Counted from the stretch's first letter, positions 13,875-27,006 are shown. The stretch is DNA of 64,000 bases from Monocercomonoides exilis PA203 (GCA_001643675.2 LSRY02000017.1:806001-870000), one strand, 5' to 3'. Program-made: numbers and translations. Notes: generated by a model from the sequence alone, not told the origin.

Positions 13875-14541
13875 GTCACAAAGAATTAAAAGAAATAAAT
13901 TATTATGAACTGATAATTAAAGGAATTAAAAATTATTTGTTTTTTAAAATAAATACGGGGAAACATCTCGTTTCGCCGCTCAGCTGTGAAAATCGCTCAG
14001 GTTTGTTAGAAATAGAATATAAAATCTTGAAAAAATTAGAAACAAAAAAAAAAGTAAAATTTTTGAAAGTAAAGATAATAACAAAAATGACATTTTTAAT
14101 TTTGAAAAATGAAAATTCGGAAAAGGTGCGAAGAAAGTTATAGAAAATAGAATGACATTTTTGAATTTACATAAAGAAAAAGATTTTTTTAATTTGAATA
14201 ATAATTTTTTTAATAATTCGATTAATTTTTCAGATTCAAATAGCTTGACATGTGAAACAGGTATGTCACAGGTGTGTAATTTAAGTTCTGAAAATTCATT
14301 TTCTGATTCATTTTCTGATAATTATTCTTTTAATAATTCTATTGATAATTCTTTTTTCAATTAAAATACTTTTTAAGCAAATTTTCATTGTATAATTTGA
14401 AAAAATAGGTATGAAGGTATGATTTTTTTTTTTTTTTTTTTTTATGACTAACTAAGTAATGAATAAAAATAAAAGTTTTATTAATTTAGAAATAACAAAA
14501 TTTGTTTATGCTTATCCGATGAAACCAAATAACCTTCGGCT

Positions 14542-15447
14542 GAGGACTAGACTGATTCCATCCTGTTTCTTATTTCTTTTTTAATAATTGAGAAACTTGA
14601 AGGACTTGTGTCCAGAATCAGTTTCCCAGGTAAATGGATGTTTGTTATCGATTTTTAAATCAAAATAAAATTTTGTAAAATTATTTATTGAATTATTTAT
14701 TTTTATGTTCAAATTTTTTATCTAAATTACGGGTGGAACAAAATTTGGAAAAAGAAAATTTCGCCCCATATCGTTGATAATAATAATAATATTATAGGAT
14801 ATGTGATCAAAACAAAAAAATTGAAAAAAATAAAGTGAAGCAATTTTTATTATTCCGATCGATTTAGGCAATTAAAAATTATGATATTTCTCAATTATAA
14901 ATTCAAAATTACAAAAACGAAGCAGAAAAAATGGTTCAATTCAGACCTATGTCTTCTTTTGTCATGCCAGAGAAGTATATTGAAAAGTTATTTTTATTCA
15001 ATTTTCGAATGAAATAAAAATTTCATATTTTCTTCAAATTTCTGTTCCCACTCACCAAATTTCGCTGTCATGAAAGCAAAATCTTGATAATTTTAAGATT
15101 TCCATCTTTGTGAAGTTTCGTATGTTAGAACAGAAATATGATCAAAATATGAATATTTTGATTTATTTGAAAATTAAACATTTGCGACTTTTCAATAAAA
15201 TTTAGACACATTTTAATAAAAGTGCCTAAAGTCTAATATTTTGTCCCAAATTTCCTGAAAAAAAAAAACAAATTTGTCCACGCAATTGAATAAAAAACGC
15301 ACAAAATATTGATTTAATAAGCAATTTAAAATATGAAAGTCGTATGTGAATAGAGTAAACTAAGATGCTGATTCTTGTCCCATATCCTGCAAGAAACTGT
15401 GCTCGACCGGTCACAGCACAGTTTCAGGATGGAATCAGCCTAGCCCC
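14542..15447. mobile_element. Putative non-autonomous TIR element (~900 bp)
   Basis: CTAGACTGATTCCATCCTG (14547-14565) is the near-exact inverse of CAGGATGGAATCAGCCTAG (15425-15443). A second imperfect inverted block pairs ~14597-14630 with ~15361-15393. No clear TSD. Confidence 0.6.
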
Positions 15448-15749
15448 GATTTTTTCCATTCAAATGGAAAAAATGTGAAGAACTTCATAGCATTTGTTCA
15501 AAACAAAAGCACAAAGCTTGAGCAACAGATCACAAAAAAACTCCTCACTGTTTAGAATTACTTAAGGAATAGAAACAACAAAACAGTAACTCAAGGTTTA
15601 TCAAAAAAACAATTATTATCTAATAATCTTCTCACTATAAATAATTTTGCAGTGTAATTTCCAATATTCTCTTCTGCTGAATTGGCGGAACTCTTTTGAT
15701 ATATTTTTTTTAATAAACTCATTTCTCACGCTTTTTTTTTGAAATTCAC

Positions 15750-18700
15750 CAAAAAAGATCCTTCACAGTTATCTGGCGAAGAAACTGATCGATATATTTG
15801 ATTCACTCTTTTCTCGTAGAACAGTAAAGTCTTTATCGAATTGATTTCCAATTTTTTCCATAAGATTTTATAACTTGGATTATATCTATAAAGAATAAAA
15901 TATAAGAGTTTTGAAGTTAATTGTCATTATTTACAAAAAATAATATTAACCACAAGAAATAACAAACTTGAGAAAATGACGAACAATTTTGTGAGAATTG
16001 TTTGACATTGAATTTTCCTGAATTACACCATCATGAGGGTGTTCTTCAAAAAACACAATGAGATCAACGATATTTTGGATTACTGTTTCGCTGAACAGAT
16101 GAATGTTCATTGTGTTTGTTAAACATCTAAATTTCACATCTCATACGCATTTTCCGTGTTTTTCACAGAAAAATGGCAATGTCGAAAACTTTCCGTGAAC
16201 AACTGCAGAATAATCAAATAGTATAAAATACATAACTTATCTATTCCTGAAGTGTGGTCAAGTGTCACACTCAAAATGAAATTTTTTCTTTTTTGACAGC
16301 ATGAGTTTATTGAAAATTTGGGTCAAGCATTCAATAACGAAGCGATAGTCATGTGAGAGAATGCTTGAAAGGAAGTTGAAGATATGCTTCGTCTTGTTTT
16401 TGTTTTCGTCCATTGTATAGACAAATATACAGAAAAAAAACACTTCATTCCTGTGATGAAAGTCCTTGCTGATCTTGTTTCTTCTGAGAGGAAGGGACTA
16501 ATTTTCTTTAAAATCGAATAACACGAGCGGATCGAATATTGATTGATTCTCTTTCGAAAGACGATAATTACGTTGCTAATTCGTTGCAAGTTTTCTGTGA
16601 TCCTCCATTCCCTTCAATGTATCTTTGTCTTTTTCTGAAAGCTGTTCGGATTTTGTTCTCAAGAATTCTTCTCTCTTTTTTATATGGGTTATTCTTTTTT
16701 GAAAGTCGCAAATGTTTAATATCTGGGTGAAATAAAATTGAACCCAGATATAAAACATTTTATTCAATTAAACCATTTAAAATTTCCACAATGTACACAT
16801 TCTCGCATCCATTTGGTTTTCATGTTCCAATATGCAAAATGATTTTGATTGATCATTCAATTGCAAAAAATGATCAAATAAGGAACAATATTATTTAACA
16901 AGAATATTAAACGTTTGCGACTTTTCAAAAAGAATAACCCACATAAATGTGAAAAAATAAATGTTGATTCCACTTCTGAAAAGATGGAATAAATGATGGA
17001 GACTGCATTTAAGTGATAAGAATAATTTCTCTTTTTTTCACTTGAGCATGTTTCCACATCACATTCTAAGAGCCATTTTTCACATGACTTAAGATCTTCT
17101 CTTTAGCATTCTTGTTGATGACAGAGATCTTTTCATCGTTGAACAATAACAAACTGTTGTTTTGGAATGTTTATAACTCTTTGTAGCTTTTTGAATGGCA
17201 GATGGAACAAAAATTACCATTTTCTTTTTCTCCTTTTTGAAATAACACTGCAATCAAATTTAAATTAATAGCATTTGAGTCATTATTCGAGGATGTAACT
17301 ATTTTCCCATCTATGTTTTGAAATGATAAAATTGTGTAAACATTCGTCGGACAAGTGTTTGAATCAAGCAGTGTTTCAAATGAAATTGATAAAATGCGTG
17401 AAAATTGACAGATAGATGGAGTTGTCAATTGATGCATGTTTTTTGAACAACACTCGCAGAAGGCATTTCAATTATTAATATTATCCTCACTTATTTCAAA
17501 CGATTCGTTGAAAGACTTCAATAAATCATTTCCATTCAGCCTCAGAATAGGAGTTGTTTTTACAACACCTTCATACCGATGAAAACATTCGATGCAAACC
17601 CGAGGAAAACATAATATCTGTTCCATTTGACTTTGAAATGAAGGATAAATTGATGATATATCGTCATAAAGACTCAGAAATGTTTCATAGAACTCGTGTA
17701 GAATGTCAGTTCGAAGGTGATGTGTTTTTTCCCATTTTTTAACAAAATTCGAAGTCCATTTCGATGTGTGATTAGATTTATTATTCTTTGGTTTTGAGTG
17801 CTGAGGATTCACCAAGAAAGATAAACTATTCTGAATAATTGATAAACTACCTTTCCTCATTTTGCATTTATCGGAATGGAAAAAAATAGAACGAAACAGC
17901 TGAATTGTCGCGGCCAAGAAACAAGTATTTCTTTTATTGGGTAAAGGATAAAATTGGGGATAGCATTATCGCAGTTCTTTTTATTCATTGTTTGCTTTAA
18001 AGAAGAAGATTGATTCAACACTCTCTCACATATATATATATATATCTTTTTGTAAACCTTCCGCATTTTCTTCTGAATCGTATTCGATGGCAACGTAGTG
18101 AGGTTCATCGATGGGCTCCGTTGGATTGGCTCGTTGCTTAGTAAAAGTCGCATCTCTTTCATCTTCCTGGTTTTGATTGTTAAATCCAGGTATCGAAATA
18201 AACTTGGGCTCATCTGGATCCGTTGCAAAGTTTTCAGAAGAAGCTTCATGATTTTCTGTTGATATACATGTCATCTTCATTTTGAAAATCTGTTGTTGAA
18301 AAATCTGATACATATATTTCCTGAAAGAAATTTTCAAGGAAGTCCACATCTATATCCATTCCTTCTTCGCCATTTGAGATGGAGAAATTGTCATCAATAA
18401 TTGTCGGAATATCTTGAATTTTATTATAAAAAATAGAAGACAAATATTATCAAAATAGAAATCAATTCAAATAGATAAAGAAAACAGTAATAGAATTAAA
18501 CCTATACGAACATGTTTTGATAGATAAATATCTTCACACAATTCTGTGGAATTTTCATTAAGGAACAGGGGAAAAGCTTGTTCATCAGCAGAACTTAATT
18601 CTAAAAATAAAAGAACCAGAAAATTATAAATCATAAGACAAAAATCAAAATAAAATACAAAAAACAAAAAAACAGACTTCGTTTCGAAGGTGATTGAGGA

Positions 18701-19100
18701 GGCTTTCTTGATGGAGTGATATCAAATGAAGTGCTTGAACTGTTTTGCTTGGTGTGATTGTAACTGCCTTTTGTGCATTCGAATCCGTAATTCTGAAGTT
18801 GTGAAAAACTGTTCTCTTGGCAGACACATTTCAGAAGCGCAACTTTAGTATGTGGATTATTTTCTCAATTGTATACTGAAGCCAAGCGAAAAATTGGATA
18901 ATTAGCTTTTTCTACCAAATAAAAGAAAAAGTGAAAATAACTCTCACAAATAAAAAAGAAAAACTGAATTGCGTACCAGCAAATATTTCTTGAATCTTTG
19001 AACCAAGTTTTTTCCCAATGTTTGTGTGCATAAACATGAAATTGGAGCATACTGACTGTATCATTTCCAGAATTTTCGTTCAATTCGTTCCATATGAAAG
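15750..19100 (-). mobile_element. Degraded USP-domain plus Sola-like DDD transposase gene, copy 2
   Basis: Cys-box-like PLPNKRNTCFLAATIQ (~17900-17947), DILHEF, CIEC/CSIC zinc knuckles and YHLNAV. Then HRKLATN..LVLFDFK, FNFLSSILSHDYRFVIECL, CDT*PHFRN and FFCEKHGKCV*DVKF. Many stops and frameshifts; interrupted by a MITE. Confidence 0.7.
16686..16940. mobile_element. MITE (255 bp), GGG...CCC termini, ~35-bp TIRs, near-perfect 4-bp TSD (ATAT/ACAT)
   Basis: GGGTTATTCTTTTTTGAAAGTCGCAAATGTTTAA ... TTAAACGTTTGCGACTTTTCAAAAAGAATAACCC. Same TIR family as 37682-37921. Confidence 0.85.
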
Positions 19101-19729
19101 AGCATTTTACACTTTTCAGAGGATTTGATTAATGGGTGATTTTTTTTGACATCATAAAAAAATTCCGACGTTTGATCATAAAAAATTTTCATAATGGGTC
19201 GGGTTAAATCGAAAATATTTTTGTTTAATTATGCAAAATATAGTTTAATATATTGTTAATATAATTTATTTGTTGATTATAATTTGTTTTCAACTGTTTT
19301 TGTTACATATTTAATAAAAAATTTGAAAAATTATTCAAAAAAATTGAAACTTAAATTAACTGAGCAAAACATAAGTTATCTTGCTTGAAAAGCATGATAA
19401 TGATTGTTTCAAAACTCGATAAATCAATTTCTTTAATGAAAATTTTAAAATAATGTTATTGAAAAGAAATTTAGAAATTGAAATTGAAGATCTTAAAACA
19501 TCTATTGAAAACGAATAATTTTCATTAACACATATAGAAAAATATGATGGAAACACATAATATTTGTCGAATAAACTATTGTTTATTGTTTATAATTGTT
19601 TTTAAATTAATAATTCTTGAAATTTGTAATTCAAATTAATTGATCAAAGCTATTGAAAAAAATTATAAAGAAATAATGAACAAACAAATAGAAATACAAA
19701 TATTTCTGTGTCAGATACTACAAAATATT

Positions 19730-22700
19730 TTGATGAACAGCTGGCTTTGTTTTTTTAACTATTCTCCACCTCTAAGGAATCGCCTTCCTTGTTCGCCGAG
19801 TCCCACTTTCATTGTTTCTCTTTCAGCTGATCCACTTTTCGCTCAATGATTCTTTTCAATACGAACTTCCCAATCACACCTTTCATATGTGACTGCGGAG
19901 GCAGCAAAAAGGGAGTGTGTATCTGGATCATTGCACTTTCGCCTCAGCATCCTAGTCACAGCCATTTATCCTCATCGATTCTCCATCCACTTTTGCCAAA
20001 CTCGCATTCCTCTTGCTTTCATCCCTTTGAAGTGTTTAAGCTTCTCTCATTTGCTGAATTCTATAAACCCAGAGCAGAATTCGTATTGAAATCTACCAAC
20101 TTCACAAACATTATGCTCTCATAAGTCTGGCGATATCCAGCTTGCGCTTGTCAGCGGTGTGAGTGAGGAGTTGCAATGTTGTGCATCTACTTCAACCTCA
20201 CACCTCCACTTTATCATCTTCTGCCGTTCCAAGCTGATATTCTGCTGACAAAATTTATGCTTCTCTATCTGCCAGTTCGGCTCCACGCTTGTCCACCTGG
20301 GATCCATCTCCACAGCCGTACTACACATCAACCACCAGAGTTTCCTTTCCAACATTCGAATTAAATCTGTTTAGAAAAATCTTGTTCTTGTTGGCTTTCC
20401 CTCTGCCAGCTCGCTGATGTTCATTTCTCAATTTCTGTCACATCTTTTCACATTATTCAAACTCTTTTGCACGGTCTTCCCTATTCTCCATCCTTTTCTG
20501 ATCTCTTGCTTTTATCTCCTGACTCTTTTCTCCAATTGAGATGCATCTGAACCTCAACTCCAAGCTCCGTTGTTTTCGAAGAGAAAATCTGCTCCTCTTT
20601 AAACCCACTCTTTGTGCTCTTCCCGATTTATGCAACTTTTTCTCCAACAGCAATCTCTCTTCCCTCATAATATTTTCAATCATATTCCAGTTCGACAATG
20701 ATAAAAAACTCCGTCTTGTATCTTATCATCACAGATCTCGCCATTGAAACTTGAAACATAGTTCATCTTTTTTATCTCTTCAATTCTCTCTTTTCTTCTT
20801 TTCTCTCAGGGAAATCAACTCGAAAGTTTCTTCATCATCAGCGTATCCTTTTTTTGTTTCTAACCTCCTCATCATTTTTCTTTTCTTTCTTCTTCTTCTT
20901 CTTTTGTTGTTTATTTGAAGAAGAAAAGTTTTCTGAATTGATTCCTTATCCTTCATATGCTGTTAAATTGTGCCTTTACTGGGTAACACATCCGCAAAGC
21001 TTTCAACTTGAACAGCCTGCCGATCAAAAGATAGATCATCTCGAATCAACAGAGCCTTTATCATCCAAACAACATGAGACTATTCCAAATGCTGCTTCAT
21101 TTGCACCTTCATCTGCATCGCTCCGCTTTTGAAATTCGATTTTCTTCTTTCAATCCTCATCTTTTTCAGAAGCGAAAAAAAATGCTTCTTTCTTCATCTC
21201 GGCCGACTTCAGTGTCATCCTCAACTTGTCAAAGAGCTTTTTTCACTCTCTTTCCGAGTTCTCCTTCTCTTTCTCCAGCAGCTCCTCTTCCTTCTGCATC
21301 TTCTCCATTTTCTGATGCATCGCTTTCTCTTCCTCACATCGATCGATTCGACTAGGAATGGCTGACTATTTTTGATCAGGAAAACAAAGTGGGCGAAGGA
21401 ACAGGATGCCTCATTTGATGGGCTGGGGATGAGGTGAAGGTGGAAGATGAAAAGAAGATCACTTTGAATGAGGAGGAGAAAGTGTTTGTTGTTAAAAATG
21501 CGATGAATTTGCAACCTGTTTTTGAATGATGTAATTAATGTTTTCAGAGAAGAAGGAGATGATAAAGATCAGAAAGAAGAAGAAGAAGAGATAAAAATGA
21601 TGTGGTTTGCTGGAGTGCCGACTGTTGAGTCTGATTTGTTCTAATGAAAGTCTTGTTTATGGCATTTTGCGGATAAAAAAATATATTATCATTTTTTCCT
21701 TTTTTCTATCTCTTTATTCTCTCAGCTTCCTTTCTTTCATTCAACTCAGTCATTCGTTTTAACTTTTTTCTAATCCATCAAATACCCCTTTCTCTCCTTT
21801 TTTGTTTCTTTCTTTTCAAATCACTTGTGATCTTCAAGTGCAACGTCCGAAAGAAATCTGAGAGGAAGATGAAGAAAAGGTTGATGATTGAGAAACATAT
21901 GGGTCAAATGCTCTGTTTGTTGTTGTATTATTTGAGCCAATAAAATAACCTTCGTCTTCTTGAAACAGAACCACACTATCTTTGCTGCATTTCTTCCTAT
22001 AAGCTGCCATTTTTATGTTTCATCCTTTCGATCACTGAAAAACTACTTATTTCTTCGAAAAGTGAAAGCTGATAACGATTCAGAAACCACTAAAGATGTT
22101 TCATGAGCTCCTGTTTATCTTCAAATCCTATTTCGATGATTCAAACTCAATCCCATTCAGCTTGCTTTTCCTTCTTTCTTCATCGTCTTTGTCCTCCACA
22201 GAATATTGCACGTCCACAATTCTGTTCCTTCTCGTTGTCTTTGACCCTGTCACTTCAACTTCCAACATTTGTGAAATTGAACTCAAAATCTCTTCGTTTG
22301 CAACAACTTTTTCAGCCAGCTGCCATTCTTTGAAGGAGCGAATATCAAAAGATGTTCTGTTTCCATTTAATGTCTCCAAATAGATCAAATGATGAACATT
22401 GCTTTTTGATGTAACATCTTTTCCAATTTTTTAAGAATTTATGTGTTCAATTCTTTTTTCACTTCCTATTCATCTTTCATCGCCTTCTGAGCTGATTAAG
22501 ACCCTCTCTCCTCTCCTCCAGCTTCTTTTCCACATGCACACTGATCTTTTCTCTCCTCTTCCTTTTCCTGCTCTGAGCTGCCTCTGTCAACTTTCGCTTC
22601 ATTTCCCATTAATTCTGATCCAAAAGTGGGATGATGTCTGCATGCTGGTTGAACCAAGCTGCCTCCACACTCTGCTGCCTATTCCTTTTCACGCTCTGCC

Positions 22701-23095
22701 TCTAGGTCATCCAACAGAATGCCATGTTGTTCTTCTGGAATTGTTGCAGTTTTCTTTCACTGTCTTCAACTCGTAATCATTGAATTGAGACTTCGGCTTT
22801 TTTTCTTCCTGTATTTGTTCTCATTTATGAATATGATTCTCTTCTCATAATCCCCTCTTCACTCTACCGTTCTCCTTAATTCTCTTGCACTTTCTGCCTC
22901 TGCTCCTTATAGAACTCTCTCATCATTTTCTCTCTCCATTTTCTCGAAAGAATCATCTTGCTCATCAGCATTTTGCTCCTTTTCGCTTCCATCTCCACCA
23001 ACTTTCAGTTCAGCTTTATCCTTATTTCCCGTGTATTCTTCCACTTTCTGCTCATCTTCATCTTTCTTGCTCTGTCTGCGGAACATATGCAATAC
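19730..23095 (-). pseudogene. Degraded hypothetical gene (K/E-rich, many stops)
   Basis: Coding-like composition with short minus ORFs (22907..23092, 22128..22388, 20453..20698, 20119..20355) separated by stops. No recognisable domain. Confidence 0.4.
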
Positions 23096-23344
23096 TTAAT
23101 ACAATTCTTTTCTTAACTTTTCAATCATTCTCACAATGCTTTTGTTCTGTGACATTTCATATTTCCGATACACTTCCTAATGAAGTGAAATATTGATAAT
23201 TTAATAATAATTTCATATCACACATTAACAGCAATACAATAATTGAATTTTGAGTATTTTGTGAATAATTAATAAAAACAAACTTTGTCAAAAATGAACA
23301 ACAATTATCAAACACACATTGAATAGTCTTTCTGTTTGCATCAG

Positions 23345-24648
23345 CAAAAATTGTCTATGTGCCAAACAAAATTACCAGTTTCTAAACAAATAGGTCAAAA
23401 TTCTTTTATTAATGAAAAATAACAACGATTTGTTCCAAACCTTTTATACAGCTTTGTCGTTATATGTCAAACGTTTTCACATATTAAATATATAGAATAA
23501 CTGTAGAATAATAAGAAAAATCTTCGAAGACAGTGCATGGGAAACAATTCATTTCACACAACACTTCATCCCAAATAAAAAATATGTTAAAAAACAAATT
23601 ATTACCAACTTTTTCCACTAACAGATTTTCAAAAAAAGCATCAAACATGTTTATTATTGTTATTTATTTACATTGAGCAAAATAGATCATGGTATTCTTA
23701 ATGGCGCCATTAATAATAATTTGTATTTTTTATGATCAAAAATTTCAAAAATTTTTCAAAATTTTTTATTTTTGTTTCATTTAATTTGTGAATATTATTG
23801 CTTTATTAATGCAAACATGTCATCCGAAATTGGTTTTTTATTATTTATTATTTAAATATAGGTGAAAATATATTTTTTTTATTTTTCATTGAATTTTCAT
23901 TTCAAATGAGAAAAATTTCTTTGAAAAATTAAACATTCAAAAATGTTTTGTTTTTGAACGAACTTGTTTATTATTATTGTTCTATTCAATAAATAACTGT
24001 TTTGATATCAATATATTCATTGTTGAGTAACAACAATGGTTGATGAATATTCAGTAATGAGAGAAACATAAAAATAAATTCATTGCTAATTCGATAACAA
24101 TCATAAAACAAAATAACACACAAATAACATTAGCACTTCATTGTATTAATCATCATAAAAATAGAAAACAACATATATATTTCTTTTCTTGTCGCATCAC
24201 TTTCAAAGGAATATATTTTTACTATATCATCATTAAAACATTTCCCGACAGTCAAATAAATATCAATTCATATGAACAATAAAAGATTCAATAAAAAGCA
24301 TAATAATATCAACACATACATGGAACCCTTGGTGGAAAACCCGGGAGGTCGTGGAAAACCCGGTAGTTAAAAACATTCTGTAACGTCAATTTCTTTCTTC
24401 ATTCTGGAACAACAATCTTTTATAATTCCTTTTGGATTACGTTCTTTAAATTTTTGAGTTTATAAAAAGAGAAAACGAACAGATATAACATATTAATTAT
24501 TTCATTCTACTGATAAAAAATGCTTGAAATGTTAAGATTGATAAAAGAACAAATCTCAGAAAAAATTGAACTTTTACGTTTCATTTTTAAAATTGAAAAA
24601 AACAGTTATTATTTATCAGTTTTTTTCGTCCTCTGAACATGAATCATC
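23345..24648 (+). repeat. Left arm of a ~1.3-kb inverted duplication
   Basis: Reverse complement of 29858..31161 (paired coordinates sum to 54506) with no mismatch noticed by eye. Imperfect similarity continues to ~23270/31236. Confidence 0.95.
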
Positions 24649-26653
24649 GTCAATAATTCTCCTTTTGAGCGAACTCCGCTTGGATCTGGAATCCTTTGAT
24701 TCATTTTCTTCGCTATTGAACACACAACTTATTTCATTTCCGTACATAAAATCATCATCTATCTTTTTTCTTCTTTGCCTCATTATCTTTTTCTTCACAC
24801 AAAGTGGTTCATTAATCACTTTCTGTTCTTCTTTTTCAACTTCTTTGAAAACAGAACAGTTTTCTTTAATTTTTTCTTGTATCCTCATTTCAGTTCCATG
24901 CATTTCATCACATTTCTCCTTCATTTGGCGATTTTCTTTTGGAGAAAATTCTTTGAATAAGCTTTTCTTCATGTTTTGAGAGGACAAATTTGATGACGTC
25001 GATTTTTCTGAAGATAATGGAGCATCACGCACTCGATGCAACACAGGTGCAGCAGCCACAGGATATACACCTGCATTTAGGAAGGCTGTTTTCACAACGG
25101 AAGGAGATGTAGCTGCTGACAAAGCTTCCGGCAAAACGTCTGCCAAGGCTTTTCTGAACGAAGAAGTTGAGAAATTTACTGGTCTCACGAAAGAGTTTTG
25201 TAGCACTTGTTTCAATCTAGCAAAAACACAATTGTCACAGGGCTGGAGGAGGTGTGTCATATTTGGGGGAAAATATTCGATGATCACATTGTTCTGTTCT
25301 GCAAACTTTTTGACTACTGAATTATGGTGCGTTCGATGGTTATCCAAAACGATTAGTGCTTTCTTTGATGTTGATGATTTTCGTTTTTCAGCTATCACAG
25401 GAATCCACTCCTTTATCATTATTTGTTGAAATATTTCCGTTGAAATCCATCCGGATGTGGATCCTAAATAATTCACGTTGAACGAAGATAGAAATGAAAA
25501 TACAGAAGGTTTCTTTTTTCGTGGATATATTAAAAAGAATGGCAGATGTGACCCATCTGCACAAATGCAAACACAAATTGTTGCATTTTCAGTTTTCGGC
25601 AAAGATGATGGAGCAGGAGGTGATTGATTTTTTAAACAAATGACAAGTTTTGTGGTTCCATCACCAACTCGGATGGAAGATTCGTCGAAATTGTAGATAT
25701 CTGTCGAATTAATTTCATTTGCTGTGATTATGGCAGACAACTTTTCGAACCACACACGTATTGTTTCTGGGGATTGCGCACAAATCTTTGCTATTTCCAT
25801 TGGCCTTGATATAGAAGCTTTCAAAATGGAGCTTCTTTTAATAAGATCATATGAATATTTTGAATTAACTTTCTTTTTTTCTTCTTCGTTCTCTGCTTCA
25901 GAATCGATCACTTCTTGAATCTAAATAATCAAAATAATTAATTAATAAAATAGAAAAGTCTGTAAACCATCGATTGTATGTCCTTTAGTCGAATAATTTT
26001 TTGTTCAGACAATAAAGCTATTGTTTGATTCTCCACCTTTTCAAGTTGATTTTTGGTTATTATTGTTGGCCGTCCAGCTTTTCCGACTTCACGCTTTGCT
26101 TTGATAGCAGCTATCCCTCTTGCCCATGCTCCGTTGGATATTGCATGTGACCCCACGGCAACCTTCCACGATAAAGGATATTTCTTCTTTATTTCGAAAA
26201 CTTTCAGCGAAGGTGATGAAAATTGACGATATTCGGAAGTTGCTAATAGTCGATGAAGAGAATTTGAAGATAATTTTTCTGATGATTCCATCATTATGTT
26301 TTTGATCAAAAATTGAATTGATCGTATTGCAAAGTCTGAAAAAAATGGAAAGCTAAATATTTGACAATTTTTTTGTATAAATCCATCTTTCAAATTAATA
26401 TCAGGTTTTTTCTTAATATTATTGTTATTCTTTTTCGTGGTTTTTGATTTTTCTTCAGACGAATTCTTAACTCAAAGCATACATCTGTAACAAAAAATAT
26501 TGAAACAGAATCTCAAATATTACAGGAACAAGGCATTAACGAATATTAAATTTCATTTTCAAATCGAACAAACGTGTATTTTCTTTTTTGAAACGGTTTT
26601 GAAAAACACAAACTACCGGCTTTTCCACAAACTCCCGCATTTTCCACCAAGGG
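24326..26653 (-). mobile_element. pogo-family (Tc1/mariner superfamily) DNA transposon, 2328 bp, ~43-bp imperfect TIRs
   Basis: Left CCCTTGGTGGAAAACCCGGGAGGTCGTGGAAAACCCGGTAGTT; right AACTACCGGCTTTTCCACAAACTCCCGCATTTTCCACCAAGGG followed by TA. The left flank is AA rather than TA. Encloses a transposase gene. Confidence 0.92.
24616..26294 (-). CDS. pogo/DDE_1 transposase, DD35D, ~543 aa, two exons (26294-25968 and 25920-24616)
   Basis: Motifs IYNFDES, CICADG, GWI, IVLDNHRTH and FPPNMTHLLQPCDNCVF, with 35 residues between the second and third Asp. GRP motif in exon 1. A 47-nt GT-AG intron (25967-25921) joins the two ORFs in frame with no stops. Confidence 0.93.
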
Positions 26654-27006
26654 TATCACAGTCAATTTGAAACACAAAAGAATACAAATACTTTAGGTAC
26701 AAAAACAAACTTGACTGTTTATCCTTTGTTTTCCACCCACTCTCCCCTATCTGATATAACTCTTGTCCTAACTCAAAAAGATCAAATTCAACAGAGAAAA
26801 AAGGCAGACACAGTGATGAAACATCACTTCACACCCTCAGCTATTCTCCTTTCCTAAAATCAAATCCAAAAATCATTGAAACTCTTCACAACACCCATCA
26901 AAAAATGAATCTCTATTTAGACATATATAAATAAATTTCGGGACTATTACAAAGTGAAAATAGTGACATTATTGGGACAGAAACAGTAAGAAAACAATCG
27001 GATTCT

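Larger units (their letters stand above)
10827..14143 (+). mobile_element. Degraded Sola-like DDD transposase gene, copy 1 (intron-containing, no USP domain seen)
   Basis: ORF 12636..13076 has FSPNEKRLI..SYSTFCK..KRTDLCEIC. Broken frames then give MDFKE, FSEILSHN, FFCDNGPHFRN and FFAEHHGKNE*DSEFG (~13500-13540), matching 27147-28440 motif for motif. Probable GT-AG introns at ~11005-11095 and ~13780-13875. Confidence 0.75.

Noticed and set aside
24566-24979. ORF starting MNFYVSFLK, also the listed start of 29179..29940
   Set aside because: It is antisense to the pogo 3' end and starts at TTG. The shared start is only a product of the inverted duplication.
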